A DNA stretch of 64,000 nt from an uncultured Gammaproteobacteria bacterium (GTDB taxonomy: Bacteria; Patescibacteriota; Microgenomatia; UBA10105; UBA927): NCBI GenBank assembly GCA_964629685.1, contig CAZVTT010000001.1, forward strand, positions 833,319-897,318, given 5' to 3'. The notes beneath the pieces were generated by a model. That model had not been told where the DNA came from and searched no databases. It saw only the letters and a program-made list of their open reading frames with translations. The first letter of the stretch is position 1. Each line of letters begins with the position of its first letter. Made by a program: the position numbers and the translations under genes. Positions 44,424-53,845 of this stretch are shown piece by piece.

Positions 44424-46679
44424 TGCACCAAATAGGGTTGGCGATGTATAGTCTAGCGTCGTTTGAAACGTACCTTTAGTATCTAGGGTAATTTCTTGTA
44501 TCTGTTCTGTTTCGTCATCCGTGTCGGAAAGAACTGTCGCATGTATTCGGGTGTTTGTTTTTTTTGTTCCAACCTTAGTCTGATATTTACCCTTTTTGGG
44601 ATTAAAAAATATGAGCGTATCCTTGTTTTTCCAAACATAATCTGCCGGCAAATTAGTATCTACAGTGGCTGTGTCGGTGGTAAGGATCAGAATTGTATGG
44701 AGTTTTGTTGAGTCGGCAAATTGTACGTTTACGGTACTGTTGTTAACTTTCTCGACAATTTCTTTTACGGCAGTTCTTGATGAAATTATTTCGGCATGGT
44801 CACCATTTAATACGTATGAAGGGGCGTCTTCAAGAGAACTACTTGATATCAATATAGTGCCATCACCTTTACTCGTGTATCTGCGTGTAAACGGTCTTCC
44901 GTCCAGCCAGTTTCCCGATTTATTGTCGAGATAAAAGGGATTACGGACATCGAGCTTATCTAGGGTTTTATGACCGGTCCCTGAAAAAGTGATTACATTT
45001 GTGCCATAGAATGGTGCCGCAAAGGGTGTGGGAAGCAAACTGTTTCTGGCGTTCATGGTATTTACATCTATGAATGAAAGAGATGGTAATTTCCGGAGAT
45101 AATTAAACGTAGGAAGTAGTGTCTGAGTAGCGGGAAAGTATGTTTGTATAATTTGTCTGGCGTTCATTTCCGGATGGGCTAACCGGCAATAGTGGAGTGT
45201 TAGCGTCCCTGCAAGTCTCCAGGTTAAATCTCCCCAAATGTTGCCTGCCGACCAGGCAGGATAAGCCAATACTGTTCCCTCATGCGGGGTTCCCACTGTT
45301 ACAAGTGTAGAAATTCTGTTTTTTTCTTTTTCTGTTTCGATATAAGATCTCGCAACTAAACCACCCATGCTATGAGCTACCACATGAACTTTTTCATTCT
45401 TCATGAGATTTGAATTTAAAAATTGTCTAAGTTCCAAGGCGATTGTTTGTGGAGATTTTCTCCAATCGAAGTAGAAGAATGCTACTTTATACCCATACTT
45501 TGTCAGAGTATTCTTTAGCGTTTTATATGTCTGATCTGTAGGATACCAGGATTGCCATGCATCAGGGTTCGTATCTGAACAGGATTGGATTGCTTCACTA
45601 TTCATGCTAGCGCCTAAACCCGGAATTATAACGGCTTTAGTAACGGGTGGAATGGTTGGTGTGGGAATAGGAGTGGGTGTAGGAGTGGGTGTAGAGGTTG
45701 GTGTTGGGGTGGGACTTTCAGTCGGGATAGGAGTAGCTGTTGGCCATGGTCCATCCGTCGCTAAACCAATTTGCCAGTACGGACTGCTGTTACTATTTCG
45801 GCCACTATACCACAATGCACGCGTTCCATTGCTTAGCATTAGTACATTAGGACTAGTCATTCCATCCCAATCAAATCCACTTCTTGTTATTACTGGGTTC
45901 ATTTCTGGAGGTTTTATCCAATTATGGCCATCTATTGAGTATGCGTATGAAATATCGCCGCCACCATGAAAAAATAATTCAAAATTAGAACCATTTTGAA
46001 TCACTGAAGGACCGTCAGCATCAATTCCTTCCCAAGGTTGGTTAGCAGTTATAACTGGATTGTTCGGGTTAAGTATCCAATTAATACCATCATTTGATTC
46101 AGCATAACCAATTGACCAATGGCCGGTTTCTGCTGAAGTTAACCACATTCTATATATATTATTGCTAAAAATTACTACTGGGTTATTTACACCGCTTGCA
46201 CCCCATCCAGACTCAGGCTTGATCACTGCCCCTTCGGGCTCGTTTTTCCAATTAATTCCATCTGAACTTACTGCTCTATAAATACTTGTCTCTATACTAT
46301 TTGGGCGTTTAATAAAATTCTGATACCACATTGTGTACATTGAACCGTTGTAAATAATGCTGGGAGCTTCTGCATTATTTTCACTTTCCGTTTGTGGGAA
46401 AATTGGATTATTTACATAATTTGTCCAGTTTATTCCATCGCTAGATAGAGCCAGTCCAATGTATGTTCTAAATCCGTCATTTCCTGCATAATACATTCTA
46501 TATTCATTCGCCGTACGTAAGATAAATGGAGATGTAACGCCTCTACTGTTCCATCCAATGGCATTAGGAGAAAGGACAGGGTTATCCAAGAATTTAGTAA
46601 ATTGTGACGTGGAATAGACATTTTGAACAATACTTAAGCTTAAAAAAACTATTATTAAAAATGGTAATTTATTTTTCAT
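44409..46679 (-). CDS. Secreted beta-propeller glycosidase-like domain + Pro/Thr linker + lipase/acyltransferase alpha/beta-hydrolase
   Basis: Signal peptide from ATG 46679, repeated NPV / S.DGINW blades, TPTP linker, then IIPGLGAS, AHSMGG, GTPHEG, GDGT and H. Confidence 0.75.
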   Translation of the reverse strand: MKNKLPFLIIVFLSLSIVQNVYSTSQFTKFLDNPVLSPNAIGWNSRGVTSPFILRTANEYRMYYAGNDGFRTYIGLALSSDGINWTNYVNNPIFPQTESENNAEAPSIIYNGSMYTMWYQNFIKRPNSIETSIYRAVSSDGINWKNEPEGAVIKPESGWGASGVNNPVVIFSNNIYRMWLTSAETGHWSIGYAESNDGINWILNPNNPVITANQPWEGIDADGPSVIQNGSNFELFFHGGGDISYAYSIDGHNWIKPPEMNPVITRSGFDWDGMTSPNVLMLSNGTRALWYSGRNSNSSPYWQIGLATDGPWPTATPIPTESPTPTPTSTPTPTPTPIPTPTIPPVTKAVIIPGLGASMNSEAIQSCSDTNPDAWQSWYPTDQTYKTLKNTLTKYGYKVAFFYFDWRKSPQTIALELRQFLNSNLMKNEKVHVVAHSMGGLVARSYIETEKEKNRISTLVTVGTPHEGTVLAYPAWSAGNIWGDLTWRLAGTLTLHYCRLAHPEMNARQIIQTYFPATQTLLPTFNYLRKLPSLSFIDVNTMNARNSLLPTPFAAPFYGTNVITFSGTGHKTLDKLDVRNPFYLDNKSGNWLDGRPFTRRYTSKGDGTILISSSSLEDAPSYVLNGDHAEIISSRTAVKEIVEKVNNSTVNVQFADSTKLHTILILTTDTATVDTNLPADYVWKNKDTLIFFNPKKGKYQTKVGTKKTNTRIHATVLSDTDDETEQIQEITLDTKGTFQTTLDYTSPTLFGALIPK
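45655..45740 (-). repeat. Thr-Pro linker repeat (coding)
   Basis: Encodes TATPIPTESPTPTPTSTPTPTPTPIPTPT. Similar linkers occur near 58990-59070, 59385-59420 and 60840-60915. Confidence 0.8.
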
Positions 46680-46710
46680 AGGTATTAACTTATAGATAAA
46701 TAATGTCTCG

Positions 46711-47688
46711 ATGCAAAACAAAATCAAGAGTAGTATGATGCAAAAAACTTGTAAAATGATTTACACAAAAAACGTGAGCAAAAATATAAATTTACGATAC
46801 GAATATTATCCTTGCTTTTATTGCCATTCATATGAAGCTAAGTCCCAATTTCGGGTAAATTCTTATGATTTGGTTGTGTGTGCAAATTGCGGCATTACGT
46901 ATACCCGTCTCCCGAAAACACACAATTTTGGTGGGTTTAATGATGAACACTATTCCAGTGAATACTTGCATAACTACGAAGCCAGGAAGGCTAAATTAGG
47001 ATCTAGATTTAGAGATCGTGTACGGGAGATAGAGGAGTATAAAAATGGTGGATCTATTTTGGATGTTGGTTGTAGTACCGGTATGTTTTTGGATGTAATG
47101 AAGGAAAATGCAAAATATAAATGGGAGTATTATGGGGTAGACATAAATAAACGTTCGATTGCTTTCGCAAAAAAACATACTAAGCAATGTTCTTTTAACA
47201 TAGGGACAGTAATCAGTCTGGCACAGAGAAAAAAACAATTTGACGTAGTTACCTGTTTTGATGTTTTAGAGCACGATCCTGAACTTGCTAAAACACTGAA
47301 GTCCATATACAAATTATTAAAACCCGGAGGTTTACTGGTAGTTCAAAGTCCAAATTACAAAAGTATAATGGCGTATTTATGTGGAGATAATTGGGACTGG
47401 TGGTCTCTCCCAGATCACATAATACATTTTACATATGAGTCATATACAAATTTGATAATGAAATCAAAATTTAGAATATTAAGTTCGAGAACTTGGGATG
47501 ATAAGGACGATTTTATACTAAATACAAGGGGTACAATAAAACTGTTAATTACTGATTCTTTTATGTTAAATAGAATTTTAGCAAAATTATCTCCATATTT
47601 TTTAAATATTATGTATAAACTTATAAAAAACACTCAAGAAAAACTGCATCTAGGTGGTTCGATTATAATTTTCAGTAAGAAACTATGA
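46711..47688 (+). CDS. Class I SAM-dependent methyltransferase with N-terminal Cys (Zn-binding) motif
   Basis: CFYC...CANCG, ILDVGCSTG, FDVLEH, LKPGG, PDH. True start may be downstream of 46711. Confidence 0.85.
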   Translation: MQNKIKSSMMQKTCKMIYTKNVSKNINLRYEYYPCFYCHSYEAKSQFRVNSYDLVVCANCGITYTRLPKTHNFGGFNDEHYSSEYLHNYEARKAKLGSRFRDRVREIEEYKNGGSILDVGCSTGMFLDVMKENAKYKWEYYGVDINKRSIAFAKKHTKQCSFNIGTVISLAQRKKQFDVVTCFDVLEHDPELAKTLKSIYKLLKPGGLLVVQSPNYKSIMAYLCGDNWDWWSLPDHIIHFTYESYTNLIMKSKFRILSSRTWDDKDDFILNTRGTIKLLITDSFMLNRILAKLSPYFLNIMYKLIKNTQEKLHLGGSIIIFSKKL

Positions 47689-48452
47689 GTATCGCATTAT
47701 TAGTTGTGACACACAACATTAAAGAAGTATTGCTTTTTAAGTCAAACCAATTAGATAGTTTGAATATAAACGAAATTGTTATTGTAAACACCGGTGTAAA
47801 AGTAGATGTCATTTTAGGAGACCGCAATGTCAGAATTTATGATTATAAATTTAACAACAATTTTCCTGAGGTAAAAAATTATGGTATTTCAAAGATTCGT
47901 TCCAATTGGATATTAACTATAGATACAGACGAACTTTTTGATAAAAATCTTCTGGATAAAATACAAACACTTACAAAAGATACAAATATAGAAGGGTATT
48001 GGTTTAGAAGGAAAACCTTCATTTCTAAAGATAAGTATTTAAAATATGGTTTATTTTACCCAGATTGGCAATTAAGATTATTTAGAAATAGAATTGATTA
48101 TAGATATTCCGGTGGTGTTCATGCATTATTGCCGATTGAGAATTCGAAAACAATGCAGGTAAATGGGGATATTCTTCATTATCCATCCAATCCTAAATAC
48201 GAATCGTTTAGTAATTTTAAAAATTTATTACCATATATAGAAATGGATACGAAGGAAGTATTAAATTTACATCGTTCTTCAGTATTCTATCTATGGGTAG
48301 GATGGTTAAAATTCCTTAGTATTTTTACAAGTGGTTATTTTAGAGGTAAAGGTTTTTTAGATGGGTGGGCAGGATTTCGCGCTCATATTCTTTTTGCTTT
48401 GACTATTGCTTTGCCATATTTTCTTGCAGCCAGAAAATGCCTAAATAATTGA
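47685..48452 (+). CDS. Glycosyltransferase family 2 (KdtX-like)
   Basis: WILTIDTDE, YPDWQLRLF, VH, GFLDGWAG. Confidence 0.85.
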   Translation: MSIALLVVTHNIKEVLLFKSNQLDSLNINEIVIVNTGVKVDVILGDRNVRIYDYKFNNNFPEVKNYGISKIRSNWILTIDTDELFDKNLLDKIQTLTKDTNIEGYWFRRKTFISKDKYLKYGLFYPDWQLRLFRNRIDYRYSGGVHALLPIENSKTMQVNGDILHYPSNPKYESFSNFKNLLPYIEMDTKEVLNLHRSSVFYLWVGWLKFLSIFTSGYFRGKGFLDGWAGFRAHILFALTIALPYFLAARKCLNN

Positions 48453-48454
48453 AT

Positions 48455-49120
48455 ATGAAATATACTTTATTTAATTATAATAGGTACGAAGCTCATAGAA
48501 TTGTTTATGACTTAATAAATGAGGGCTCAAATGTCCTCGATTTGGGCTGTGCGACAGGGTATTTCGCGAGAGAATTAAATAAAAAATCATGCGAAGTATT
48601 TGGAGTTGATATTGAAAAAGATGCCCTGAGTATTGCAAAAAAATATTGCAAATTCGTACTCCTAACAGACTTTGAATATATCTCTGAGGCTCGTATCCCT
48701 AGTCATAAATTCGATTATGTTCTACTTTTAGATGTATTGGAACACGTTAAGAGTAGAGGTGAATTATTGAATGCGTTACATAAATATCTTAAGAAGGATG
48801 GTACATTGTTATTATCTACGCCAAACATTGCGCATGTTTCGGTTAGGTTAAGTGTTCTAGGTGGCAATTTTGATTACACGAATGTTGGAATAATGGATAG
48901 TACTCATGTCCATTTTTATACTAGAAAAACGTTACTAGCAGAACTAAATAATTACGGATGGGAAGTAACAAATTTATTTGCATCCGCTGACTTCGGACAA
49001 ATTCCTTTTATTTCAAAAATTGGTAAACGCGTTCCAAAGAGAATTCAGTGGATTATTACTAAATTATTCCCTACACTCTTTGGGGTTCAATGGATCGCTG
49101 TGTGTAAATCTAGAACTTGA
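48455..49120 (+). CDS. Class I SAM-dependent methyltransferase
   Basis: VLDLGCATG, DVLEH, STPNIAH, GIMDSTHVHFYT. Confidence 0.88.
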   Translation: MKYTLFNYNRYEAHRIVYDLINEGSNVLDLGCATGYFARELNKKSCEVFGVDIEKDALSIAKKYCKFVLLTDFEYISEARIPSHKFDYVLLLDVLEHVKSRGELLNALHKYLKKDGTLLLSTPNIAHVSVRLSVLGGNFDYTNVGIMDSTHVHFYTRKTLLAELNNYGWEVTNLFASADFGQIPFISKIGKRVPKRIQWIITKLFPTLFGVQWIAVCKSRT

Positions 49121-49121
49121 T

Positions 49122-50288
49122 TTATTTGACGTTCTTTTGGATAGTTAAGATCTTAGTTAGCATTAGAATTAGAGAAAACCAGGCGGCAATTCCGACAATT
49201 TTAATAGTCGGTAAAAGGATAGGCTCTATCCACCATACGGTCTCCATTACCCAGGGTGCTTCACTTAACGCGATCCAAATTGTTAGCAACGTCAATGCGG
49301 TACGCCATAGAGGAGGTCTTTGAATAAGCATAAACGGGACAATCCAGGTGGTCCATTGGGCTCCAAAACCCAAACTAAATACAAAGAAGAAAAGTATAAT
49401 TAAAAATAGTTCTTCCGTAAGTGATTGTCTCTTTAACTTAAGTGAAAAATAACTAAACCCTACTAAAAAAAGTGTGCTAAGTATTTTAAACGCTTTTAAA
49501 ATTAGCGGACTATAGTCACGGTATGCAAAGAAAATTATGCTGGTAATACCCCATGTCCCGATTATGCCACGGTATGTCATCATTGGTCGTGCAATTTGAT
49601 ATAACGACACGTTGTACCAGAGGCTATAGCCTACAACTGCAGCAGTGACGCCTGCTGCAACAATGAGAATAAATATCGTTTTATGCTGTGCGCGTTTTAA
49701 TAACGGAAATATAAAAATAACCGGCCAGGTTTTTGCCAACACACCCAACATGAAAGCCGTATAGGCATTTCCTTCTTTTTTATTGTTGATAAAATAAGCA
49801 GATAACAGCAGAAAAAATGCGGCTAATATATCCGATTGTCCGTGGACAGTCGTTATTAGGAAGCTTATTGGATTTAGCGCGTACAATAATGCCGTCTTTC
49901 CTTTATCCTGTATCATCTTTGCCAGAATTACTATTATTCCTACATCAAATACTGAAAAAAATACTTTTAGCAATCCCATTTGTGGAATACCAAATTGTTT
50001 TTCCGCGGCTAGCGCCAGTGCATCTATATAGTGAAAAGGAGGAAGATAAAATGTAGAGTAATGTCCTGTTGAAGGGTCATAATACATGTTCTCTCCGGCT
50101 AGAATTTTTGTGCCGACTTCACGTCTGAATTCGGTATCATGATTTACGACATATACGAAATATGTTGTTCCCAACAATTTAATTAATATTCCAAGTAGCA
50201 CGATGGATGTAATCGAAAGTCTGATTTTCGCATTTTGGAAAAAAAACATTCCGCATAGCAGTAATGTTGCTACTATAAGTACCGACAT
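49122..50288 (-). CDS. GT-C membrane glycosyltransferase (GT87/DUF2029-like)
   Basis: Polytopic membrane protein with YLPP, YALNP, HGQSD, KTWP and QW..W..P motifs. Confidence 0.7.
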   Translation of the reverse strand: MSVLIVATLLLCGMFFFQNAKIRLSITSIVLLGILIKLLGTTYFVYVVNHDTEFRREVGTKILAGENMYYDPSTGHYSTFYLPPFHYIDALALAAEKQFGIPQMGLLKVFFSVFDVGIIVILAKMIQDKGKTALLYALNPISFLITTVHGQSDILAAFFLLLSAYFINNKKEGNAYTAFMLGVLAKTWPVIFIFPLLKRAQHKTIFILIVAAGVTAAVVGYSLWYNVSLYQIARPMMTYRGIIGTWGITSIIFFAYRDYSPLILKAFKILSTLFLVGFSYFSLKLKRQSLTEELFLIILFFFVFSLGFGAQWTTWIVPFMLIQRPPLWRTALTLLTIWIALSEAPWVMETVWWIEPILLPTIKIVGIAAWFSLILMLTKILTIQKNVK

Positions 50289-50422
50289 ACCCCACAGTTT
50301 ACCCGAAAGGTTAGTTCAGATCAAAGATTAATATCAACTTAGAATGTACACAAAATATGTCCTATAAATTTTAAAATACTGAATCCAACCGGTATAATGG
50401 GAACAAAGTACTGATAAATACT

Positions 50423-51235
50423 ATGAAATTACTCTTTGTGATCCCTGCATTTCAACCGGAAGTTAGTGTGTTTACGCAATTACTAAAACAATTAGAGGCG
50501 TATCCGGTGTTTATTCGGGATAATACGGAAAACATACAGAAATCCGTTAATTTTCTGGTGAAACGGGGTAAAATCAAATTACCACCCTCAGTCATACTTT
50601 CAGCGGAAGGTAAAAATATTGGCTACGCTGCTGCCGTTAATTTGGGTTTAAACTTCGGATATAAAAATGGCTATGACTGGATAGTTATTTGTAACGACGA
50701 TATAAAAATATCCAGTTCGTTTATACCCGGTGTTGTAAAGGAATTGCAGAAAATACCAAAAGGTATAGCCGGTTCATTTCCCGGCCTTTTGGAAAAAAAT
50801 AGGTGGTCCACCAAAGTCGATTTAGGGCATAATACTGGGTTAAATCCGGAATATTTTTCCGGATCATTTTGGGCTATTCACCGTAGCACAGTTGAATCCG
50901 TGGGTTATCTGTACGAGCCATATTTCTTGTACTATGAAGAAGTTGAATATTGCGTCCGTGCGAAAAAGAGCCAATTCAGTTTTACAGTCCTCAAAACGAA
51001 GGGAATAGAACACAATGATACCCGTTCGCTAGGAAAAGGTTCTTTGCAACATCGGTACTATCTTGCGCGGAATCATCTGTTATTTGTAAAACGAAATGCG
51101 CCACTATCTGTTAAACTACATGAATTATTCCGGTTACCCAAAACTATACTTGAAGCGTATAGAAATCACGATACCGGAAGTCTTTTAGGAATTAAGGATT
51201 ATTTATTGCGAAAATTCGGACCAAGTACAAAGTAA
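50423..51235 (+). CDS. Glycosyltransferase family 2
   Basis: NIGYAAAVN, CNDD, YFLYYEEVEYC, YYLARNHLLF. Confidence 0.85.
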   Translation: MKLLFVIPAFQPEVSVFTQLLKQLEAYPVFIRDNTENIQKSVNFLVKRGKIKLPPSVILSAEGKNIGYAAAVNLGLNFGYKNGYDWIVICNDDIKISSSFIPGVVKELQKIPKGIAGSFPGLLEKNRWSTKVDLGHNTGLNPEYFSGSFWAIHRSTVESVGYLYEPYFLYYEEVEYCVRAKKSQFSFTVLKTKGIEHNDTRSLGKGSLQHRYYLARNHLLFVKRNAPLSVKLHELFRLPKTILEAYRNHDTGSLLGIKDYLLRKFGPSTK

Positions 51236-51265
51236 TACGCTCTACCTGCCTCAAATGATTTGCGC

Positions 51266-52861
51266 ATGATGCAACAATCCGGTTTAATCCGATTTCCATA
51301 CATACTGTTTATTCTGTGTGTTTTATTCTTCGGATTCTTTTCTTTGGCAAATATTGATACTCACCATGACGGGCTAATGCTAAAACCGGCTCTGGATGTC
51401 GTAGAGGGGAAAATATTGTTCCGGGATACGTTTACGCAATATGGGGCATTTACCGTTTATTTTCAGGCATTGGCAATGAAATTATTCGGTTCACAGCTAT
51501 TAGCATTGCGGTTTTCTACCGTACTCGCATATGCGGGTGTTGCCGTATTGCTTTGGAAAATAATCCGCTTTCTAGCGCCGTCAGTAATAGCCGGTGCTGT
51601 ATTTTTACTCTGGATAGCCCTGGCACCGATTTACGGTCAGTATTTTCATGCATGGTCATCCGTATATGCGCTCCTGTTTCAGTGTTTGGCGATACTCTTT
51701 CTATGGAAATATATAGAAAATCAAAACCGGAAATATATATTTGCCACCGGTTTTTGTACCGCAGCTACGTTCTGGTCCAGACAGCCTGTGGGAATTTTTC
51801 TTGCCGTCGGAGTAGGATTTATTCTGTTATTATTTACAGATTTTAGATTAACATCTCCCAAACGGCTTCCGGTAAACATGCTGGCTTTTATTGCCGGTAT
51901 GTTGTTGGGCGTTATTCCGCTGTTATTGTATTTACATAGCAACAATGCGGTTTGGGATTTTTGGCTGCAATCTATAGCACTGGGGCAGTCTTTTGCTCAT
52001 ACCATACGCGGTACCGGACTGAGACAAATTCTTACCGGGTTATTTATTCCCAGATGTGTACTGCATTCTCCGAATTGTTGGATATGGATTATGCTTCCGC
52101 TGACAACGATTGGTTTATCTGGTATTTCCTTTTGGCGATCACTCAACTCCGCTTCAGTCGATCATAATAATATTAGCCTGATTGTGCTGGGTATAATTAG
52201 TTTGGCCTCCTGGATGCAATATTATCCGGTTCCTGAGCCGTCTCACTTTTTTTGGGCAGCGACGCCAATGTTCGGATTACTTGCCGTGTTAATCCGGAAA
52301 ATGATTTTCTTCCCAAAAATTAACTCAAAGTTCTTTGAACTCGGGGTATACGTTGTAGTTCTTTGTTTTTTTGGCATCAGAATAAGCGAAGGGTACACCA
52401 GGGTAATGGCAGCAGAGAGTTATCTGGAACGACCGCCGTACTTTTCCGGAATTCGGGTTACGGCCGACGAGAAACAATTCTATGATCAATTGACTGAAGT
52501 TTTAGCCGCGTATTTTAAACAATTTCCAACTAAGACATATATTAATCATTCGTTAGATGCCATGCTTGTTCTCTTGGATTCACCACATTATTACCCTGCG
52601 CATAAAGTGTATGTAAATTGGGACTTTGTAAATTTTTCCATTTATCCTGAATATCAGGATGATGTTGCTACATATGTCCAAAAAACACATCCCCTGATTT
52701 TTACGCGTGATGTTTCCAGATTTGGCGACTACTGTAGTATTGCTGTTCCCAGTAATCAGAATCCTCCGGTACAGTTATTAATTTGGAGGGGTGATGTTGA
52801 ACTATACTCACAACTAGATGTATCGGTTCAACACCCTGTTTACTGCAACACAGCTAATTAG
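51266..52861 (+). CDS. Polytopic membrane protein, probable GT-C glycosyltransferase
   Basis: DTHHDG first loop, LFRDTFTQYG, about 10 TM helices, C-terminal soluble domain. Confidence 0.6.
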   Translation: MMQQSGLIRFPYILFILCVLFFGFFSLANIDTHHDGLMLKPALDVVEGKILFRDTFTQYGAFTVYFQALAMKLFGSQLLALRFSTVLAYAGVAVLLWKIIRFLAPSVIAGAVFLLWIALAPIYGQYFHAWSSVYALLFQCLAILFLWKYIENQNRKYIFATGFCTAATFWSRQPVGIFLAVGVGFILLLFTDFRLTSPKRLPVNMLAFIAGMLLGVIPLLLYLHSNNAVWDFWLQSIALGQSFAHTIRGTGLRQILTGLFIPRCVLHSPNCWIWIMLPLTTIGLSGISFWRSLNSASVDHNNISLIVLGIISLASWMQYYPVPEPSHFFWAATPMFGLLAVLIRKMIFFPKINSKFFELGVYVVVLCFFGIRISEGYTRVMAAESYLERPPYFSGIRVTADEKQFYDQLTEVLAAYFKQFPTKTYINHSLDAMLVLLDSPHYYPAHKVYVNWDFVNFSIYPEYQDDVATYVQKTHPLIFTRDVSRFGDYCSIAVPSNQNPPVQLLIWRGDVELYSQLDVSVQHPVYCNTAN

Positions 52862-52905
52862 TTGGGATATGAATGTGAAGGCAATTAACCGAACAGGTAT
52901 TTCGG

Positions 52906-53517
52906 TTAAAGTTTGCTTACCTGCAGGAAGTCCAATTCTACCGGGGTTTCACGTCCGAAGATGGAAACAAGTACTTTTACTTTGCCCTTGGCTTCATCAA
53001 TTGAATCTATAGAGCCCAGGAAGTCGGCAAATGGACCATCAACGATCTTAACAGCTTCTCCGACGGAGAATGAAGCTTTGTATTTGGGAGCTTCTAACTG
53101 CATGAATTTTAGGATGGTTTCTACTTCTTTATCAGAAATTGGCGTGGGTTTATTTCCGGCTCCTACGAATGCGGTTACACCTTGTGTGGTACGCACTGCC
53201 AACCAGGATTCGTCATCCAAAAGCATCTTAACCAGTATATAACCAGGGAATATTTTCTCTTTTTGTTCTTCTTTCTTACCGTGTTTAACAGTAACGATAT
53301 TTCTGGTGGGAACCACAATCTCGAATATTTTGCCTTCGAGCTTCATGGTTTCTATACGTTGTTTCAAGTTCGTTGCAACTTTATTCTCGTGACCGGAATA
53401 TGTATGGACAACATACCAACGGGCATTAGTCGGGGCTACCGGTTTTGGGGTAGATGCCGCTGCTACGGGAGCCTGTACTGTAGACTCAGAGACCTGTGTT
53501 TCCGTATTCGTATCCAT
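52906..53517 (-). CDS. nusG: Transcription termination/antitermination factor NusG
   Basis: WYVVHTYSGHE, FPGYILV, VDGPFADFLG, VSIFGRETPVEL. Confidence 0.98.
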   Translation of the reverse strand: MDTNTETQVSESTVQAPVAAASTPKPVAPTNARWYVVHTYSGHENKVATNLKQRIETMKLEGKIFEIVVPTRNIVTVKHGKKEEQKEKIFPGYILVKMLLDDESWLAVRTTQGVTAFVGAGNKPTPISDKEVETILKFMQLEAPKYKASFSVGEAVKIVDGPFADFLGSIDSIDEAKGKVKVLVSIFGRETPVELDFLQVSKL

Positions 53518-53534
53518 AAAATTAATCCTTTACC

Positions 53535-53741
53535 TTAAAAAAGAAATGATGTTATCCGAACCATAAGGACGTCCAGTCCACCGACGAAAACGCCAACCAG
53601 CGTTGAAACGATAATAACCATCAGTGTTAACTTTATCGTTTCTTCCCGGGTCGGCCAGGTTACTTTTTTAAGTTCCGCGACTACTTCGCGTATAAAAGTG
53701 ACTGGCGGTAAACTCGGTACTTTCGGTGTCGCTGCTGCCAT
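53535..53741 (-). CDS. secE: Preprotein translocase subunit SecE
   Basis: ELKKVTWPTR plus one TM; upstream of nusG. Confidence 0.95.
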   Translation of the reverse strand: MAAATPKVPSLPPVTFIREVVAELKKVTWPTREETIKLTLMVIIVSTLVGVFVGGLDVLMVRITSFLF

Positions 53742-53845
53742 GTTAGGTTACGTTAAACTACCAAAAACCCCTCCCCGGGGTCTAATGACATTATGGTAGC
53801 AGAAAAAAGCCTTTTTGTAAAGCCGGTACGGACTGAAAGTAAATA

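Noticed and set aside
45604-45969. Antisense ORFs rich in GVGVGV (also 58983-59663 and 60688-61068)
   Set aside because: They are mirror images of Thr-Pro linker codons on the coding strand, not independent genes.
52571-52582. CTCTTGGATTCA resembling the tRNA-Val 3' end (possible attR)
   Set aside because: Only 12 nt with a mismatch, inside an intact CDS, and no integrase is present; consistent with chance.
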